Source: Candidatus Eiseniibacteriota bacterium | GTDB lineage: Bacteria; Eisenbacteria; RBG-16-71-46; JABDJR01 | Length of the DNA stretch: 64,000 nucleotides | Direction of reading: 5' to 3' | NCBI GenBank assembly: GCA_963783375.1 | Contig: CAWANH010000028.1 | Coordinates: 1,024,001 to 1,088,000, forward strand | Part shown: one piece after another, positions 41,222 through 52,957 of the stretch | Layout: the number at the start of each line of letters is the position of its first letter | How positions within the stretch are numbered: the stretch's first letter is position 1 | Notes under the pieces: model-generated | What the model was told of the DNA's origin: nothing | Seen by the model: the letters and a program-made list of their open reading frames with translations, nothing else | Database searches by the model: none | Translations under genes and position numbers: made by a program

Positions 41222-41640
41222 TTAGTCGAGGTCAAATCGAACCACGAGCCCGGGTGATGAGCCCGGGCTCGCGTGCTGTTTGGGGAACACCGATACCGGT
41301 GCTGCCGATTCTGAATTCGGCGATGGGCTTGCGCGTTCCACGTCCATGCCGGCGACCCCGCCGAGCGGTTCCGCGTAACGCCGGCCGCGTTCGGCGTAGG
41401 CCGCGCGGAGGTCGTCGTCCCGGAGCAGAAGCTCGATTGCGTCCCGGAGCGCCCCGGGATCCCCCGCCGGTACGATCAGGGCCTCGTCGGTCAGGACGTC
41501 GAACACGCGGTCGCCCGGACCGACGTTGGTGTCCAGGAACGCGGTCTCCGCCTCGTCGTGCACCCCGGCGCAATAGAGGTGCGCGTCCAGGATGCGACGG
41601 CGCCCAGCGGCCGTGGGCCAGGGTGATCCAGTGTCCGAAG
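41222..41640 (-). pseudogene. Glycosyltransferase (GT4-like) C-terminal remnant
   Basis: ALIVPAGDPGALRDAIELLLRDDDLRAAYAERGRRYA resembles a GT-B C-terminus; no intact N-terminus; bounds approximate. Confidence 0.5.
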
Positions 41641-41831
41641 CGCATCGGCATGCCCGGGGCGGACAATCCCCGGGGGCGCATGCCTACAAGCGGAGACCGA
41701 CTCGGGGCCGGTCCGCGAGAGCGACCCGGCGTCCGGACCCATTCGTGCGGTTGTCCAGGTTGCCCATCGACGGCCTCGATTCCAGGCTGTGCGTTCCGGG
41801 TCGGGAGCCCACGCTCCGGGGACCGACCCTC

Positions 41832-43382
41832 TCAGAGCGGGATGTTGCCGTGCTTCTTGGCCGGAAGGCTCTGCCGCTTGTTCCGGAGCGAGTGGAGGGC
41901 GCGGATGAGCTTCGGCCGGGTCTCCCGCGGCTCGATCACGTCGTCCAGGTAGCCCAGCTCGGCGGCCACGTAGGGGTTGGCGAACTTGTCGTTGTACTCG
42001 GCCACCAGGCGCTCCCGCTCGGCCTCGGGATCGGCCGCCCCCGCCAGTTCCCGCCGGTAGAGGATGTTCACCGCGCCCTCGGCTCCCATCACCGCCAGTT
42101 CCGCCGAGGGCCAGGCCACGTTGTAATCACCGCGGATGTGCTTGGAGCTCATGACGTCGTAGGCCCCCCCGTAGGCCTTCCGCAGCACCACGGTGAGCTT
42201 GGGCACGGTGGCCTCGCAGTAGGCGTAGAGGAGCTTGGCCCCGTTGGAGATGATCCCGCCCCACTCCTGGGCGGTTCCGGGAAGGAATCCCGGAACGTCC
42301 TCGAAGGTGACGAGCGGAATGTTGAAGCAGTCGCAGAACCGGACGAACCGCGCCGCCTTCCGGGAGGAGTTGATGTCCAGCACCCCGGCCAGGAACCGGG
42401 GCTGGTTGGCCACGATGCCCACCGGGTGGCCGTCCAGCCGGGCGAACCCCACCACGATGTTCCGGGCGTAGTGTTCGTGGACCTCGAGGAACCCGCCGTC
42501 GTCCACCACGGCGTGGATCACGTCCTTGACGTCGTAGGGCTTGTTCGACTCCTCGGGGATCAGGCCCTGGAGCGCCTCGTCCATGCGGTTGGGGTCGTCG
42601 GAGGGAGGCCGGTAGGGCGGGTCCTCCACGTTGTTCTGGGGAACATAGCCCAACAGCTCCCGGATCACCCGGAGGGTGTCCCGGTCGTCCTCGGTGGCGA
42701 AGTGCGCCACCCCGCTCTTGGCGTTGTGGGCGCTCGCCCCGCCCAGCTCCTCGTGGGTCACCTCCTCCATGGTCACGCTCTTGATCACGTCGGGACCGGT
42801 CACGAACATCTGGCCGGTGCCCTTGGCCATGATGATGAAGTCGGTGATGGCCGGGGAGTACACCGCCCCCCCCGCGCAGGGGCCCATGACCGCGGAGATC
42901 TGGGGCACCACCCCGCTGGCCAGGGTGTTCCGGAGGAAGATGTCGGCGTAGCCCCCCAGGCTCGCCACCCCCTCCTGGATCCGGGCCCCCCCCGAGTCGT
43001 TGAGCCCGATCACCGGGGCCCCGTTCTGCACCGCGAGGTCCATCAGGTTGCAGATCTTCCGGGCATTGGCCGCGGAGAGGGTGCCCCCGAACACCGTGAA
43101 ATCCTGGGCGAAGACGTAGACCAGGCGTCCGTCGATCCGCCCGAACCCGGCCACCACCCCGTCCCCGGTGATCTTTCGCTTCTCCATCCCGAAGTCGGTG
43201 CAGTTGTGGGTGACGAAGCCTCCCAGCTCCTGGAAGGTGCCGGGGTCGAGGAGGAGCTCCATCCGCTCCCGGGCGGTGAGCTTCCCCCGGCCGTGCAGCT
43301 TCTCGATGCGCTCGGACCCCCCGCCCAGTGCGGCCTCGGCCCGGCGCCGCTGGAGCTCCTCGATACGGTTCTTGACGCTCAT
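41832..43382 (-). CDS. pccB: Acyl-CoA carboxylase carboxyltransferase (beta) subunit
   Basis: [59 protein letters not shown]. Confidence 0.93.
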   Translation of the reverse strand: MSVKNRIEELQRRRAEAALGGGSERIEKLHGRGKLTARERMELLLDPGTFQELGGFVTHNCTDFGMEKRKITGDGVVAGFGRIDGRLVYVFAQDFTVFGGTLSAANARKICNLMDLAVQNGAPVIGLNDSGGARIQEGVASLGGYADIFLRNTLASGVVPQISAVMGPCAGGAVYSPAITDFIIMAKGTGQMFVTGPDVIKSVTMEEVTHEELGGASAHNAKSGVAHFATEDDRDTLRVIRELLGYVPQNNVEDPPYRPPSDDPNRMDEALQGLIPEESNKPYDVKDVIHAVVDDGGFLEVHEHYARNIVVGFARLDGHPVGIVANQPRFLAGVLDINSSRKAARFVRFCDCFNIPLVTFEDVPGFLPGTAQEWGGIISNGAKLLYAYCEATVPKLTVVLRKAYGGAYDVMSSKHIRGDYNVAWPSAELAVMGAEGAVNILYRRELAGAADPEAERERLVAEYNDKFANPYVAAELGYLDDVIEPRETRPKLIRALHSLRNKRQSLPAKKHGNIPL

Positions 43383-43505
43383 GAGACGACTCCCCCGATG
43401 CCCGCAATTCCGGGCCGGCCACGAATCTGCTTGTGCCAAAGGCAATTACGGGAATCCTAGTCCGGACGGGCCCCTCGGTCAATCCTCGGCTCCCCTCCGG
43501 CGCGC

Positions 43506-43534
43506 TTGACTGGCCTTTGCGGGGTCTCTAGCAT
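43506..43534 (+). promoter_or_regulatory. Sigma70-type promoter of thiolase operon
   Basis: TTGACT-17 nt-TAGCAT. Confidence 0.6.
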
Positions 43535-43609
43535 GGACCGGTTGAATTCCACGGAGCTTGTTTCTTCCCGACCGATGTTCGGCCCGCGGGCCGGAGGCGA
43601 TACGCACTC

Positions 43610-44794
43610 ATGAAGACCCGGGTGGCCGTCCTGTCCGCCAAACGCACCCCGATCGGGAGATACCTCGGCTCCTTCACCGGAACCCCCGCCGTGGATCTCG
43701 GGGTGGCCGCGGCCCGGGCCGCCCTGGCCGCCTCGGGGATCGAACCCGCCGACGTCGACGAGACCTTCTTCGGCCACGGCCGCCAGGCCGGTTGCGGCCC
43801 CAACCCGGGACGGCAGGTGAGCGTGCGGGCCGGGCTCCCCCATGAGGTTCCCGCCCTGACCGTGAACCAGGCCTGCGGATCGGCCCTCAAGTCCCTGTTC
43901 ATGGCCCGCGAGCGGATCCTTCTCGGCGAGGCCTCGGTGGTGCTGGCCGGCGGGATGGAGAACATGACCCGGGTCCCCCACATGCTTCCCGACCTCCGCC
44001 TGGGGTACAAGATGGGGGACCGGCCCCTGGTGGACGGCATGTACAAGGACGGGTTCAACTGTCCCCTGGCCGACCAGGTGATGGGGGAGACCGCGGAGAC
44101 CCTGGCCGATCAGTACCGGATTCCCCGGGAGGAGCAGGACGCCTACGCCGCCCGGAGCCAGAACCGGGCGGAGATGGCGCGCAAGGAAGGCCGGTTCCGG
44201 GGGGAAATCGCCCCGGTTACCGTGACCGGCCGGAAGGGTCCCACCGAGGTCTCGGAGGACGAGCACCCCCGCGACGGGGTGACCCCGGCCTCCCTGGCCA
44301 GGCTCCCCGCGGTGTTCCGCAAGGACGGAACCGTGACCGCGGGGAACTCCAGCGGCATCACCGACGGGGCGGCCGCGCTGGTGGTGGCCTCGGAAGCGGT
44401 GGTGCGGGAGCGGGGGCTCACCCCCCTGGCCTGGCTGGAGGATGGGGTGACCTCCGGGGTGGATCCCCGGGTCATGGGGATCGGGCCGGTTCCCGCGGTC
44501 CGGAAGCTGGAGGAGCGCACCGGCCGCTCCCTGGCCGGGTACGACCTGGTGGAACTCAACGAGGCCTTTGCCGCCCAGGTGCTCGCGGTGGACCGCGACC
44601 TGGGCTTCGACCACGACAAGCTGAACGTCAACGGCGGTGCGATCGCCCTGGGGCACCCGATCGGAGCCACCGGGGCGCGTATCGTGGTGACCCTGATTCA
44701 CGAGATGATCCGCAGGGGCGCCCGGACCGGACTCGCCACTTTGTGCGTATCCGGCGGGCTGGGTCTGGCGGCGTCCTTCACGCGGGAGGATTGA
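43610..44794 (+). CDS. Acetyl-CoA C-acyltransferase (thiolase)
   Basis: [39 protein letters not shown]. Confidence 0.95.
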   Translation: MKTRVAVLSAKRTPIGRYLGSFTGTPAVDLGVAAARAALAASGIEPADVDETFFGHGRQAGCGPNPGRQVSVRAGLPHEVPALTVNQACGSALKSLFMARERILLGEASVVLAGGMENMTRVPHMLPDLRLGYKMGDRPLVDGMYKDGFNCPLADQVMGETAETLADQYRIPREEQDAYAARSQNRAEMARKEGRFRGEIAPVTVTGRKGPTEVSEDEHPRDGVTPASLARLPAVFRKDGTVTAGNSSGITDGAAALVVASEAVVRERGLTPLAWLEDGVTSGVDPRVMGIGPVPAVRKLEERTGRSLAGYDLVELNEAFAAQVLAVDRDLGFDHDKLNVNGGAIALGHPIGATGARIVVTLIHEMIRRGARTGLATLCVSGGLGLAASFTRED

Positions 44795-44795
44795 T

Positions 44796-45536
44796 ATGGA
44801 ACTCAAGGAGAAGGTGGCCATCGTTTCGGGGGGAAGCGGGGACCTGGGTAGCGCCATCTGCATGCGCCTGGCCAAGGCCGGGGCGAAGGTCGCCCTGACC
44901 TACCGGGCGGACCAGAAAGAGGCGACCGAGGTCGTGGACGCGATCGAGGCCATCTCCGGCACCGCGGTGGCCGAGGCGGTGGATATCACCGACTACGACA
45001 ACGTCTCCGAGTTCGTGAAGCGGATCGTGGCCAAGTGGGGCCGGCTGGACATCCTGGTGAACGCGGTGGGGGCCAAGGACCCGGCCACCCTGTTCGAGAT
45101 GACTCCCGAGCAGTTCGACCATGTACTCGACGTCAACCTCAGGGGGTACTTCAACTTCATCCGGGCGGCGTCCACGGTCTTCCGGGAGCAGAACGGCGGG
45201 AAGGTGGTGAACGTGGCTTCCCTCCAGGCCACCCAGGGCTCCTCGGCCCTGAACGACGTGGCGGCCAAGATGGGGGTGATCGGTCTCAGCCTGGCCGCGG
45301 CCCGGGAGCTGGGGCCCTACGACGTGAACGTCAACGCGGTGGCCCCGGGCATGGTGGAGACCGCCGCGCTCAAGGGCACCCCGGCGGAAGACGTCGAGAA
45401 AGCCATATCCCGCAGCGTCTTAGGGCGCCTGGCCAAGCCGGAGGAGGTGGCCGACGTGGTCATTTTCCTCTGCTCGGCCAAGGCCCGTCACATCACCGGC
45501 GAGGTCATCCGGGTGGATGGGGGCCAGCACCTCTAG
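44796..45536 (+). CDS. FabG-like short-chain dehydrogenase/reductase, YxxxK appears as DxxxK
   Basis: SGGSGDLG, DILVNA, NVAS, NDVAAK, NAVAPG, ITGEVIRVDGG. Confidence 0.88.
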   Translation: MELKEKVAIVSGGSGDLGSAICMRLAKAGAKVALTYRADQKEATEVVDAIEAISGTAVAEAVDITDYDNVSEFVKRIVAKWGRLDILVNAVGAKDPATLFEMTPEQFDHVLDVNLRGYFNFIRAASTVFREQNGGKVVNVASLQATQGSSALNDVAAKMGVIGLSLAAARELGPYDVNVNAVAPGMVETAALKGTPAEDVEKAISRSVLGRLAKPEEVADVVIFLCSAKARHITGEVIRVDGGQHL

Positions 45537-45830
45537 CCGTCCCTGAACCGCGGATCTTGGGGCGGAGGGACCGGCCGACCCCCCACATCCGGCCCCTTCG
45601 CAGGGCGCTCCCCCTAACTCCCTTGTGCGTTTTCTCTTGTCAGAGTCACGGGATATCGTGTACTCGTTTTCCGGTGCAGGCTTCCCGCGTACCCCGGAGA
45701 GTCCCTTTCCGGGTCACGGGAGAGCTAGGACAGATGCCTGATCGGGAGGGGTATCGTACCTCTCCTGTGAGGACCAGCCGCGCCGTCCCTGCGTACGATG
45801 CGGCACTTACGATCAAGGAGGGTAGCTCAT

Positions 45831-46353
45831 ATGAAGAAGATCCTCTTCTTCACGATCGCTTTGTGCTCTGGTGGCCGGACCGCCATGGCTGGCCACGACA
45901 TGACCGGCCGGCTCGGCCTCGGCTTCACTACTCCGACTTCCCGGTCGGCGTGCGCTACTGGGTCTGCCCGAAGGTCGGGGTGGACGGTCGGTATCGGGTA
46001 CAGACCCGAGAACGACGGCACGTGACCAAGACTTATGCATCGACGTCGGCGTGCCGATCGTGCTCATGGACGATGCGGACCGGGTGAACTTCCTGGTTCG
46101 CCCCGGGCTCAACTGTAGTCGACCATGGAACCGCGGCGCAGGGTACGAGCTCGGCGACGAACCTGATGACCGGCAGCCCTGGAGTTCGAGGTCAATCGTC
46201 ACCGACGACTTCACGGTGAGCGCGGCCCACGGGTTCGCGTTCATGAGCGCCAGACTCGGGCGCCCCCGGGTTCCAAGCTCGACCTCGGACTACGGCTTCT
46301 TCGGTAACAACTGGACCAACTTCGGGTTCCACTACTACCTGAAGAAGAAGTAA
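45831..46353 (+). pseudogene. Small outer-membrane beta-barrel gene with multiple frameshifts (real pseudogene or read errors)
   Basis: AAGGAGG RBS, MKKILFF signal peptide, GRLGLGF / PVGVRYW / NFGFHYYL segments in different frames. Confidence 0.65.
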
Positions 46354-46388
46354 GCGACCCCAAGCCGATGGTTTACGGATCCAATGGA

Positions 46389-46425
46389 GGCCCCGCCGCG
46401 CCCGCGGCGGGGCCGGGTCCTTTTT
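46389..46425 (+). terminator. Probable intrinsic terminator
   Basis: GGCCCCGCCGC-GCCC-GCGGCGGGGCC then GGGTCCTTTTT. Confidence 0.55.
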
Positions 46426-46438
46426 CCCGGAATCTGTC

Positions 46439-46976
46439 GTGCTCTGCCCTGGCCATCCTCCTGCTGGCCCTGGCCGCGGTCGTCCCGGTCCGGCCGGTCG
46501 ACGGCGGGCGAAGACCCCGCGCCTACCGGGCTTCGGCCGCAACGTCTCCCGCCGCCTCGGCCTGGGGATGATCTCCCGCGAAGCCCCGATCGGGCGTGCG
46601 CTACCTCTTCGACCCCCGCCTGGGGATGGAACTGGGAGCGGGCTTCAGCCACCGGAAGGAGCAGGGAACGACGGTGATCATGGACGGCGGGCTGCTTCTG
46701 GCCCTGGCCCCCGGCGACCGGCTGAACTTCTACCTACGTCCGGGGGTCCGGTTCCGCAGCGTGGATGCGTCGGACGAAGGGGCCACCACCACGGTGTTCT
46801 TCACCGCCGCGCTCGCCGTCGAGGTGTTCGTGACCCGGGATTTCTCGATCACCGCCGATCAGAGCCTGGAGATGGGTTTCGTGAGCCCCCCCAGCGGTCC
46901 GGATCACACCGACTTCCAGACCCAGGGCGTCCCCTGGACCCGGCTCGGGTTCTTCTACTACCTGGGCGCTCCCTGA
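46439..46976 (+). pseudogene. Paralogous small OM beta-barrel gene, 5' part frameshifted
   Basis: RLGLG..., GVRYLF, DRLNFYLRPG, VTRDFSI, WTRLGFFYYL mirror the upstream copy; start uncertain. Confidence 0.6.
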
Positions 46977-46996
46977 CCCGTCGGGTGATCCCCCCC

Positions 46997-47692
46997 TCAA
47001 TCCCCCCGCTTCACCGTATTCGGAGGTTCCATTCGACCCAGGGTGCGGAGGTTGTGCGCCACCCGGCGGGCCAGGAGCCCGGTCATCCCCAGGGCTGCCG
47101 CGATCCCCACGATGTCGAACACGGTCATCCCGATCCCGAAGAGATCGAAGGGGAGCCCCCGGGCGTAGAGGACGGTGAGGTTCAGGGCGATGAGGAGGAT
47201 CCGAACCTCGGTGGGTCCCACCCCCCCGTAGCCGTAGCGGAACTCGCCGAAGATATAGGTTTCGAGGTAGACGTTGATGGAGAGCACCAGGTAGGCGGTC
47301 ACGATGGCCAGCGAGGTGCCGAGGAGCATGAAGGGCGAGAGCCCCATCCCGAGCCCGATCGCGAAGGTGGAGTAGGCGTCGGAGATGTGGTCCAGGTAGA
47401 AGCCGTACCGGGGACGCTCGATGTGGCGCACCCGGGCCAAGGTTCCGTCCAGGCTGTCCGCGAACCAGTGGATCACGATGGCCGCGTTGGCCACCCAGAG
47501 CCAGCTCGGGCTTCGGTTGGAGAGAATGTAGGCGACGCCGATCACCGAGGCCGCGACCAGCCCGAGCACGGTGAGATGATCCGGAAGCACCGGGGCGGGA
47601 AGACGGGCGGCCAGCCGGGGGAGAGCCCACTTCTCGAACCGGGTCAACACGAACTGCGCGGTGCGACGGTGTTTGACGTCTTCATCGGCCAT
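46997..47692 (-). CDS. CDP-alcohol phosphatidyltransferase family protein
   Basis: PDHLT, DSLDGTLAR...GFYLDHISD signature. Confidence 0.9.
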   Translation of the reverse strand: MADEDVKHRRTAQFVLTRFEKWALPRLAARLPAPVLPDHLTVLGLVAASVIGVAYILSNRSPSWLWVANAAIVIHWFADSLDGTLARVRHIERPRYGFYLDHISDAYSTFAIGLGMGLSPFMLLGTSLAIVTAYLVLSINVYLETYIFGEFRYGYGGVGPTEVRILLIALNLTVLYARGLPFDLFGIGMTVFDIVGIAAALGMTGLLARRVAHNLRTLGRMEPPNTVKRGD

Positions 47693-47759
47693 TCTGGCCG
47701 GATAAGACCGGATCCCGCCGGGAAATGCAACCCGCAATCGGGGCGGAGGCGTCCCGCCT

Positions 47760-48386
47760 TCACCGCAGGCTGAACACGAACGGGATCAGCACCCGGGTCC
47801 TGACCGGCCGATGGCGCTGGAGGCCCGGGGTGAAGAGCCATTGTCTCGCCGCGTCCAGCGCCGCCCGCTCCAGGGCGGGGATGGTGTCGGAGCTCTTGAT
47901 CCGCGCGGCCAGGACCCGGCCGGTCGTGCCGACCACCACCTCGACGGTGACCGTTCCCTCGGCCCGGGCCTCGCGGGCGATGTCCGGGTAGCCCGGCTGG
48001 ACCCGCTTCAGGATGGCCGGCTCCCGGTCCAGGGCCTCGAACACCTGATTGTCGCCCGGGGGGGGCGCGGCCACCGGGTTGGAGAAGATGTCCGGGTTGA
48101 AGATGGGGATGGTGTCGCGGGGGTCGGCGCTATCGGTGACGTCGATCTCGGAGGGGAGGAGGGGACGCTTCACATCCTCCGGTGGCTCCTGGATCTTGAT
48201 CGGGTCGGGGACCTCAATCAGCTTGAACGGCTCGTTCTCCGGAAGCCGGTAGGGGGTGATCCGCATCGCCGGCACGGCCAGGAAGAGAGCCACGTGCAGG
48301 ACGACGCCGACGGCGAGGGTGGTCTCGAGGGTCCGGGGGTAGCGGGACTTGAAGGCGAACTGGGCGGTCAGGGCGCGATCGGTCAT
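47760..48386 (-). CDS. tonB: Energy transducer TonB
   Basis: N-terminal TM with His, Pro-rich linker, PGYPDIAR..EGTV.V, AALDAARQW.FTPG; GGAGGA RBS. Confidence 0.88.
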   Translation of the reverse strand: MTDRALTAQFAFKSRYPRTLETTLAVGVVLHVALFLAVPAMRITPYRLPENEPFKLIEVPDPIKIQEPPEDVKRPLLPSEIDVTDSADPRDTIPIFNPDIFSNPVAAPPPGDNQVFEALDREPAILKRVQPGYPDIAREARAEGTVTVEVVVGTTGRVLAARIKSSDTIPALERAALDAARQWLFTPGLQRHRPVRTRVLIPFVFSLR

Positions 48387-48449
48387 GGCAACGGTCCTCC
48401 CCACTGGGTGGTCGGTCGCTCACAACCCCGGCGCCGCAGAATGAGCCTC

Positions 48450-48482
48450 AAAAATTTGGGGCACCCGGCTTTCGGGTGCCCC
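48450..48482 (-). terminator. Intrinsic terminator on the minus strand
   Basis: GGGGCACCCG-AAAGC-CGGGTGCCCC-AAATTTTT. Confidence 0.75.
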
Positions 48483-48892
48483 TACGGCGACACAAGAGCG
48501 GGCTTGTATACTCTTGCGACGCGCGATCCCCCCCTCAGGGATCAGGATGGTTCCCTGCGTCCGCATGTTCGTCCGAGAACGAACCAGACCTTGATGGGAG
48601 GCATCCCCAGGCCGAGCGGGCGCTTGCTTTGCAATACCCTACGGACGCTTCGTGGTCGCAGGGAACCAGTCGTTGTGGCCGTTGAACCCGCCCCGGGGCG
48701 GGGCCTCGACCTGAATTCCGGTTGCCGTGATGCCGATCCACCCCCGCCTCGGGTTGAGGGCCGCGTGGGTGGCTCGCCGGTGGCTGCCTCTTCACCGAAC
48801 GAGCCACCCTGCCGGGGTTGGAGAGTAGCATTCGCGGCTTTTTGGTGCTTCGAAGCTGCATCCCTCTTCCGAGAGAGTCTCGCTGCTTCGAT
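48450..48892 (-). ncRNA. Candidate large multi-domain structured ncRNA (~440 nt)
   Basis: Many nested stems, a GGAA tetraloop, G-U pairs favouring the minus strand, sigma54 motif upstream, terminator downstream, no ORF with genome-like codon bias. Confidence 0.62.
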
Positions 48893-48902
48893 CACCTGTA
48901 TA

Positions 48903-48919
48903 CGCAATCCGTGTGCCAG
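48903..48919 (-). promoter_or_regulatory. Sigma54 promoter
   Basis: CTGGCAC-ACGGA-TTGCG, near-consensus -24/-12; AT-rich tract 48945-48970 and palindrome ATGGGT-N7-ACCCAT (49028-49046) upstream. Confidence 0.72.
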
Positions 48920-49204
48920 ACGATCGCACCGGCGGTGATCGTCTTCCATGTTATTGGAGTATAATAGCTTAGACCCTGAGGGGCCGGGCCGGTCCCGGTG
49001 GACCGGACGGCGAGGCGGCGACGGCCGATGGGTACCAAAAACCCATGCTCGAAAGTCGATGTCCGGTAACCCGCCATTCCGCAAGCAATTCCCGGTGGAT
49101 ACCTCCTACCCGGAGAATCGACCCGAAGAACCGGTCCTTTCCAGATTGGAAAGCCGTTGGTCTTGGCCACGTTAACCGCAGTAGGATCAACCCGAGGTTC
49201 TTTG

Positions 49205-49876
49205 ATGGTGGACTGGAACGAACTCTTCGACGATCCGCAGAACGTTCTGGACGTACCCGAGGCCCTGGCCGTCGAGTTGGCCGAGACGCTCTCCCCCCGG
49301 GCGCGCGTGCTCGATCTGGGCTGCGGCGCGGGGCGTCATCTGGCGCTCCTGGCCTCGCGGGAGCTCAAGACCGTCGGCATCGACACCGCTCCCAACGGCC
49401 TGGCCCGGAGCCGGGAGCGTCTGGACGCCCGCGGCCTCGCCGCCCACCTGGTGCGGGGGGACTTTCGCCGACCGCTCCCCTTTCGGGACGGCCTCTTCGA
49501 CGCCGTGCTCACGGTGAAGACCGTGAACCACGGCATGCCCGACGAGGCGGCCCGGGCCTTTCACGAAGCGGAACGGGTCCTCAGGCCGGGAGGGCGGCTG
49601 GTGGGGATCGTGATCTCGGCCTCGGATGCCCGCTTCGGGGACGGGGAGGAGGTGGCGGAGCGGACCTTCGTGCACCATAGCCCGCCCGAAGCCGGGGTGC
49701 CTCACCACTACTTCACCGAGGCCGAGCTGCGGGAGCTCATGGCCGGGTTCTCCTTCGTGGACCTCTCCTTGACCGAGCGCTACGTGAGCCCGGCCGAACC
49801 GATCTTCGGGCGGTACCGGTTCCGGCCGGGGGTGGCGCCCTGGCTCCGGCACTGGCAGATCCGGGCGGTGCTTTGA
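49205..49876 (+). CDS. Class I SAM-dependent methyltransferase
   Basis: VLDLGCGAGRH, LPFRDGLFDAV, RVLRPGG. Confidence 0.88.
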   Translation: MVDWNELFDDPQNVLDVPEALAVELAETLSPRARVLDLGCGAGRHLALLASRELKTVGIDTAPNGLARSRERLDARGLAAHLVRGDFRRPLPFRDGLFDAVLTVKTVNHGMPDEAARAFHEAERVLRPGGRLVGIVISASDARFGDGEEVAERTFVHHSPPEAGVPHHYFTEAELRELMAGFSFVDLSLTERYVSPAEPIFGRYRFRPGVAPWLRHWQIRAVL

Positions 49877-49979
49877 GGATCCGCCGGAGTCTCTCCGGCG
49901 GCCCGGGCCCGAAATGGATGACCCCGGCTCAATCGGTGGGAGGGCAAAGGGGGAGCAAACCGTCCCGCTCCAGTACGGA

Positions 49980-50020
49980 TGTTTCAAATTGACACGCACA
50001 TACTGTTTCACACTGAAACA
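49980..50020. promoter_or_regulatory. Tandem palindromic activator sites (probable bEBP UAS)
   Basis: TGTTTCA-AAT-TGACACG (49980-49996) and perfect TGTTTCA-CAC-TGAAACA (50004-50020). Confidence 0.6.
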
Positions 50021-50124
50021 TGTCCTTGATTCGTGAGCTGTTTCGATGTGGATCGGGCGGGCTTGGGTCATGTATGCTATTGTGTAATAACACTTTAAAT
50101 GCATCGTGGGTTGCCTGGAGCATG

Positions 50125-50141
50125 TTGGCACGTTGCCTGCT
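50125..50141 (+). promoter_or_regulatory. Sigma54 promoter of the hsp20-dnaK operon
   Basis: TTGGCACG-TTGC-CTGCT, GG-N10-GC; AT-rich IHF-like tract just upstream. Confidence 0.65.
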
Positions 50142-50260
50142 TATTATGTTTTCGCAAGGGAACGGAGACGGTTGGACGGACCGGCCTTCCGAACCCAGGA
50201 TTTGAACACGATCATCGCCGGGCCGGTACCCGGGCCCGCAAGACCACGGAGGACAAGAAG

Positions 50261-50698
50261 ATGGCACTTGTACGCTGGAGACCCATGAACGACCTTATGA
50301 GCATTCAGGACGAGATCAACCGGGCTTTCGACGAGGCTTGGCGCGGGCGGTCCCATCCGGCGGCGGCCGGAATGTGGTGGCCCGCGGTGGATCTCACCGA
50401 GAACAAGAACGAGTTCAAGGTGGTGGCCGAGCTTCCGGGGATGAAGCGGGAGGACGTGAAGATCGCCTTGACCGAGAACGTCCTCACCGTCCGCGGAGAG
50501 AAGCGGGCCAGGAAGGAAGAGGAGAACGAGAGCTGGCACCAGGTCGAGCGGAGCTACGGCTCCTTCGAACGGAGCTTCCAGCTCACCTGCCCGGTCGAGC
50601 CGGGCAAGGTGAAGGCCCGGTTCGAGGACGGCGTCCTGACCGTGACCTTGCCCAAGTCCGAGGCGTCGAAGCCTCGGGAGATCGACATCGAGAGCTGA
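50261..50698 (+). CDS. Small heat-shock protein Hsp20
   Basis: PAVDLTE, AELPG, LTVRGEK, ERSYGSFERSF, DGVLTVTLPK, IDI tail; GGAGG RBS. Confidence 0.95.
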   Translation: MALVRWRPMNDLMSIQDEINRAFDEAWRGRSHPAAAGMWWPAVDLTENKNEFKVVAELPGMKREDVKIALTENVLTVRGEKRARKEEENESWHQVERSYGSFERSFQLTCPVEPGKVKARFEDGVLTVTLPKSEASKPREIDIES

Positions 50699-50815
50699 GT
50701 CGAGTGAATGAGGAGGGGGTCCGGAGAGACCCCCTCCCCGACACCGCCGCGGGCCGCATCCGGCATCGGCCGGAAGCGCGCCCGCCGTGCGTTACCAAAG
50801 GCAAAGGTGATTTGA

Positions 50816-52733
<1,918 letters not shown>

Positions 52734-52957
52734 TCCGCCCGATCCGGGCTCCGGAGCGCGACCGCTCCGGCCCCGGCGCGGGCCTTCGCAGTCGGGGAGA
52801 GAGCCCCGGCCCGGAAAACGACCGGGCCCCCGGCCCTCTCCCCGAGCCATGTCGCGTCCGGACCGGGCTATGATGGAAGTGCGCCGGCGGTCGGGACGGG
52901 GGTGGCCCCGCGCCCCCGGCCGGCCTGGGATCGCGGACGTTTGAAGGAAGGTGGCGT

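Noticed and set aside
43418-43440. TTGGCAC upstream of pccB as a sigma54 promoter
   Set aside because: No GC at the -12 position (GG-N10-TT).
48535-48861. 108-aa ORF (and other ORFs) in the 48.4-49.2 kb gap
   Set aside because: Many A/T-ending codons unlike real genes here, no recognisable motif, and the start is buried in a stem.
48548-48950. RNase P, tmRNA, 6S or cobalamin riboswitch identity for the large structured region
   Set aside because: No GAGGAAAGUCC, no tRNA-like ends and no B12 box; only isolated fragments (GGGUUCAA, CCAGACGAUCGC) resemble these families.
50100-50160. CIRCE element before hsp20/dnaK
   Set aside because: Only TTGGCAC is present; the second arm GAGTGCTAA is missing, and the spacing fits sigma54 instead.
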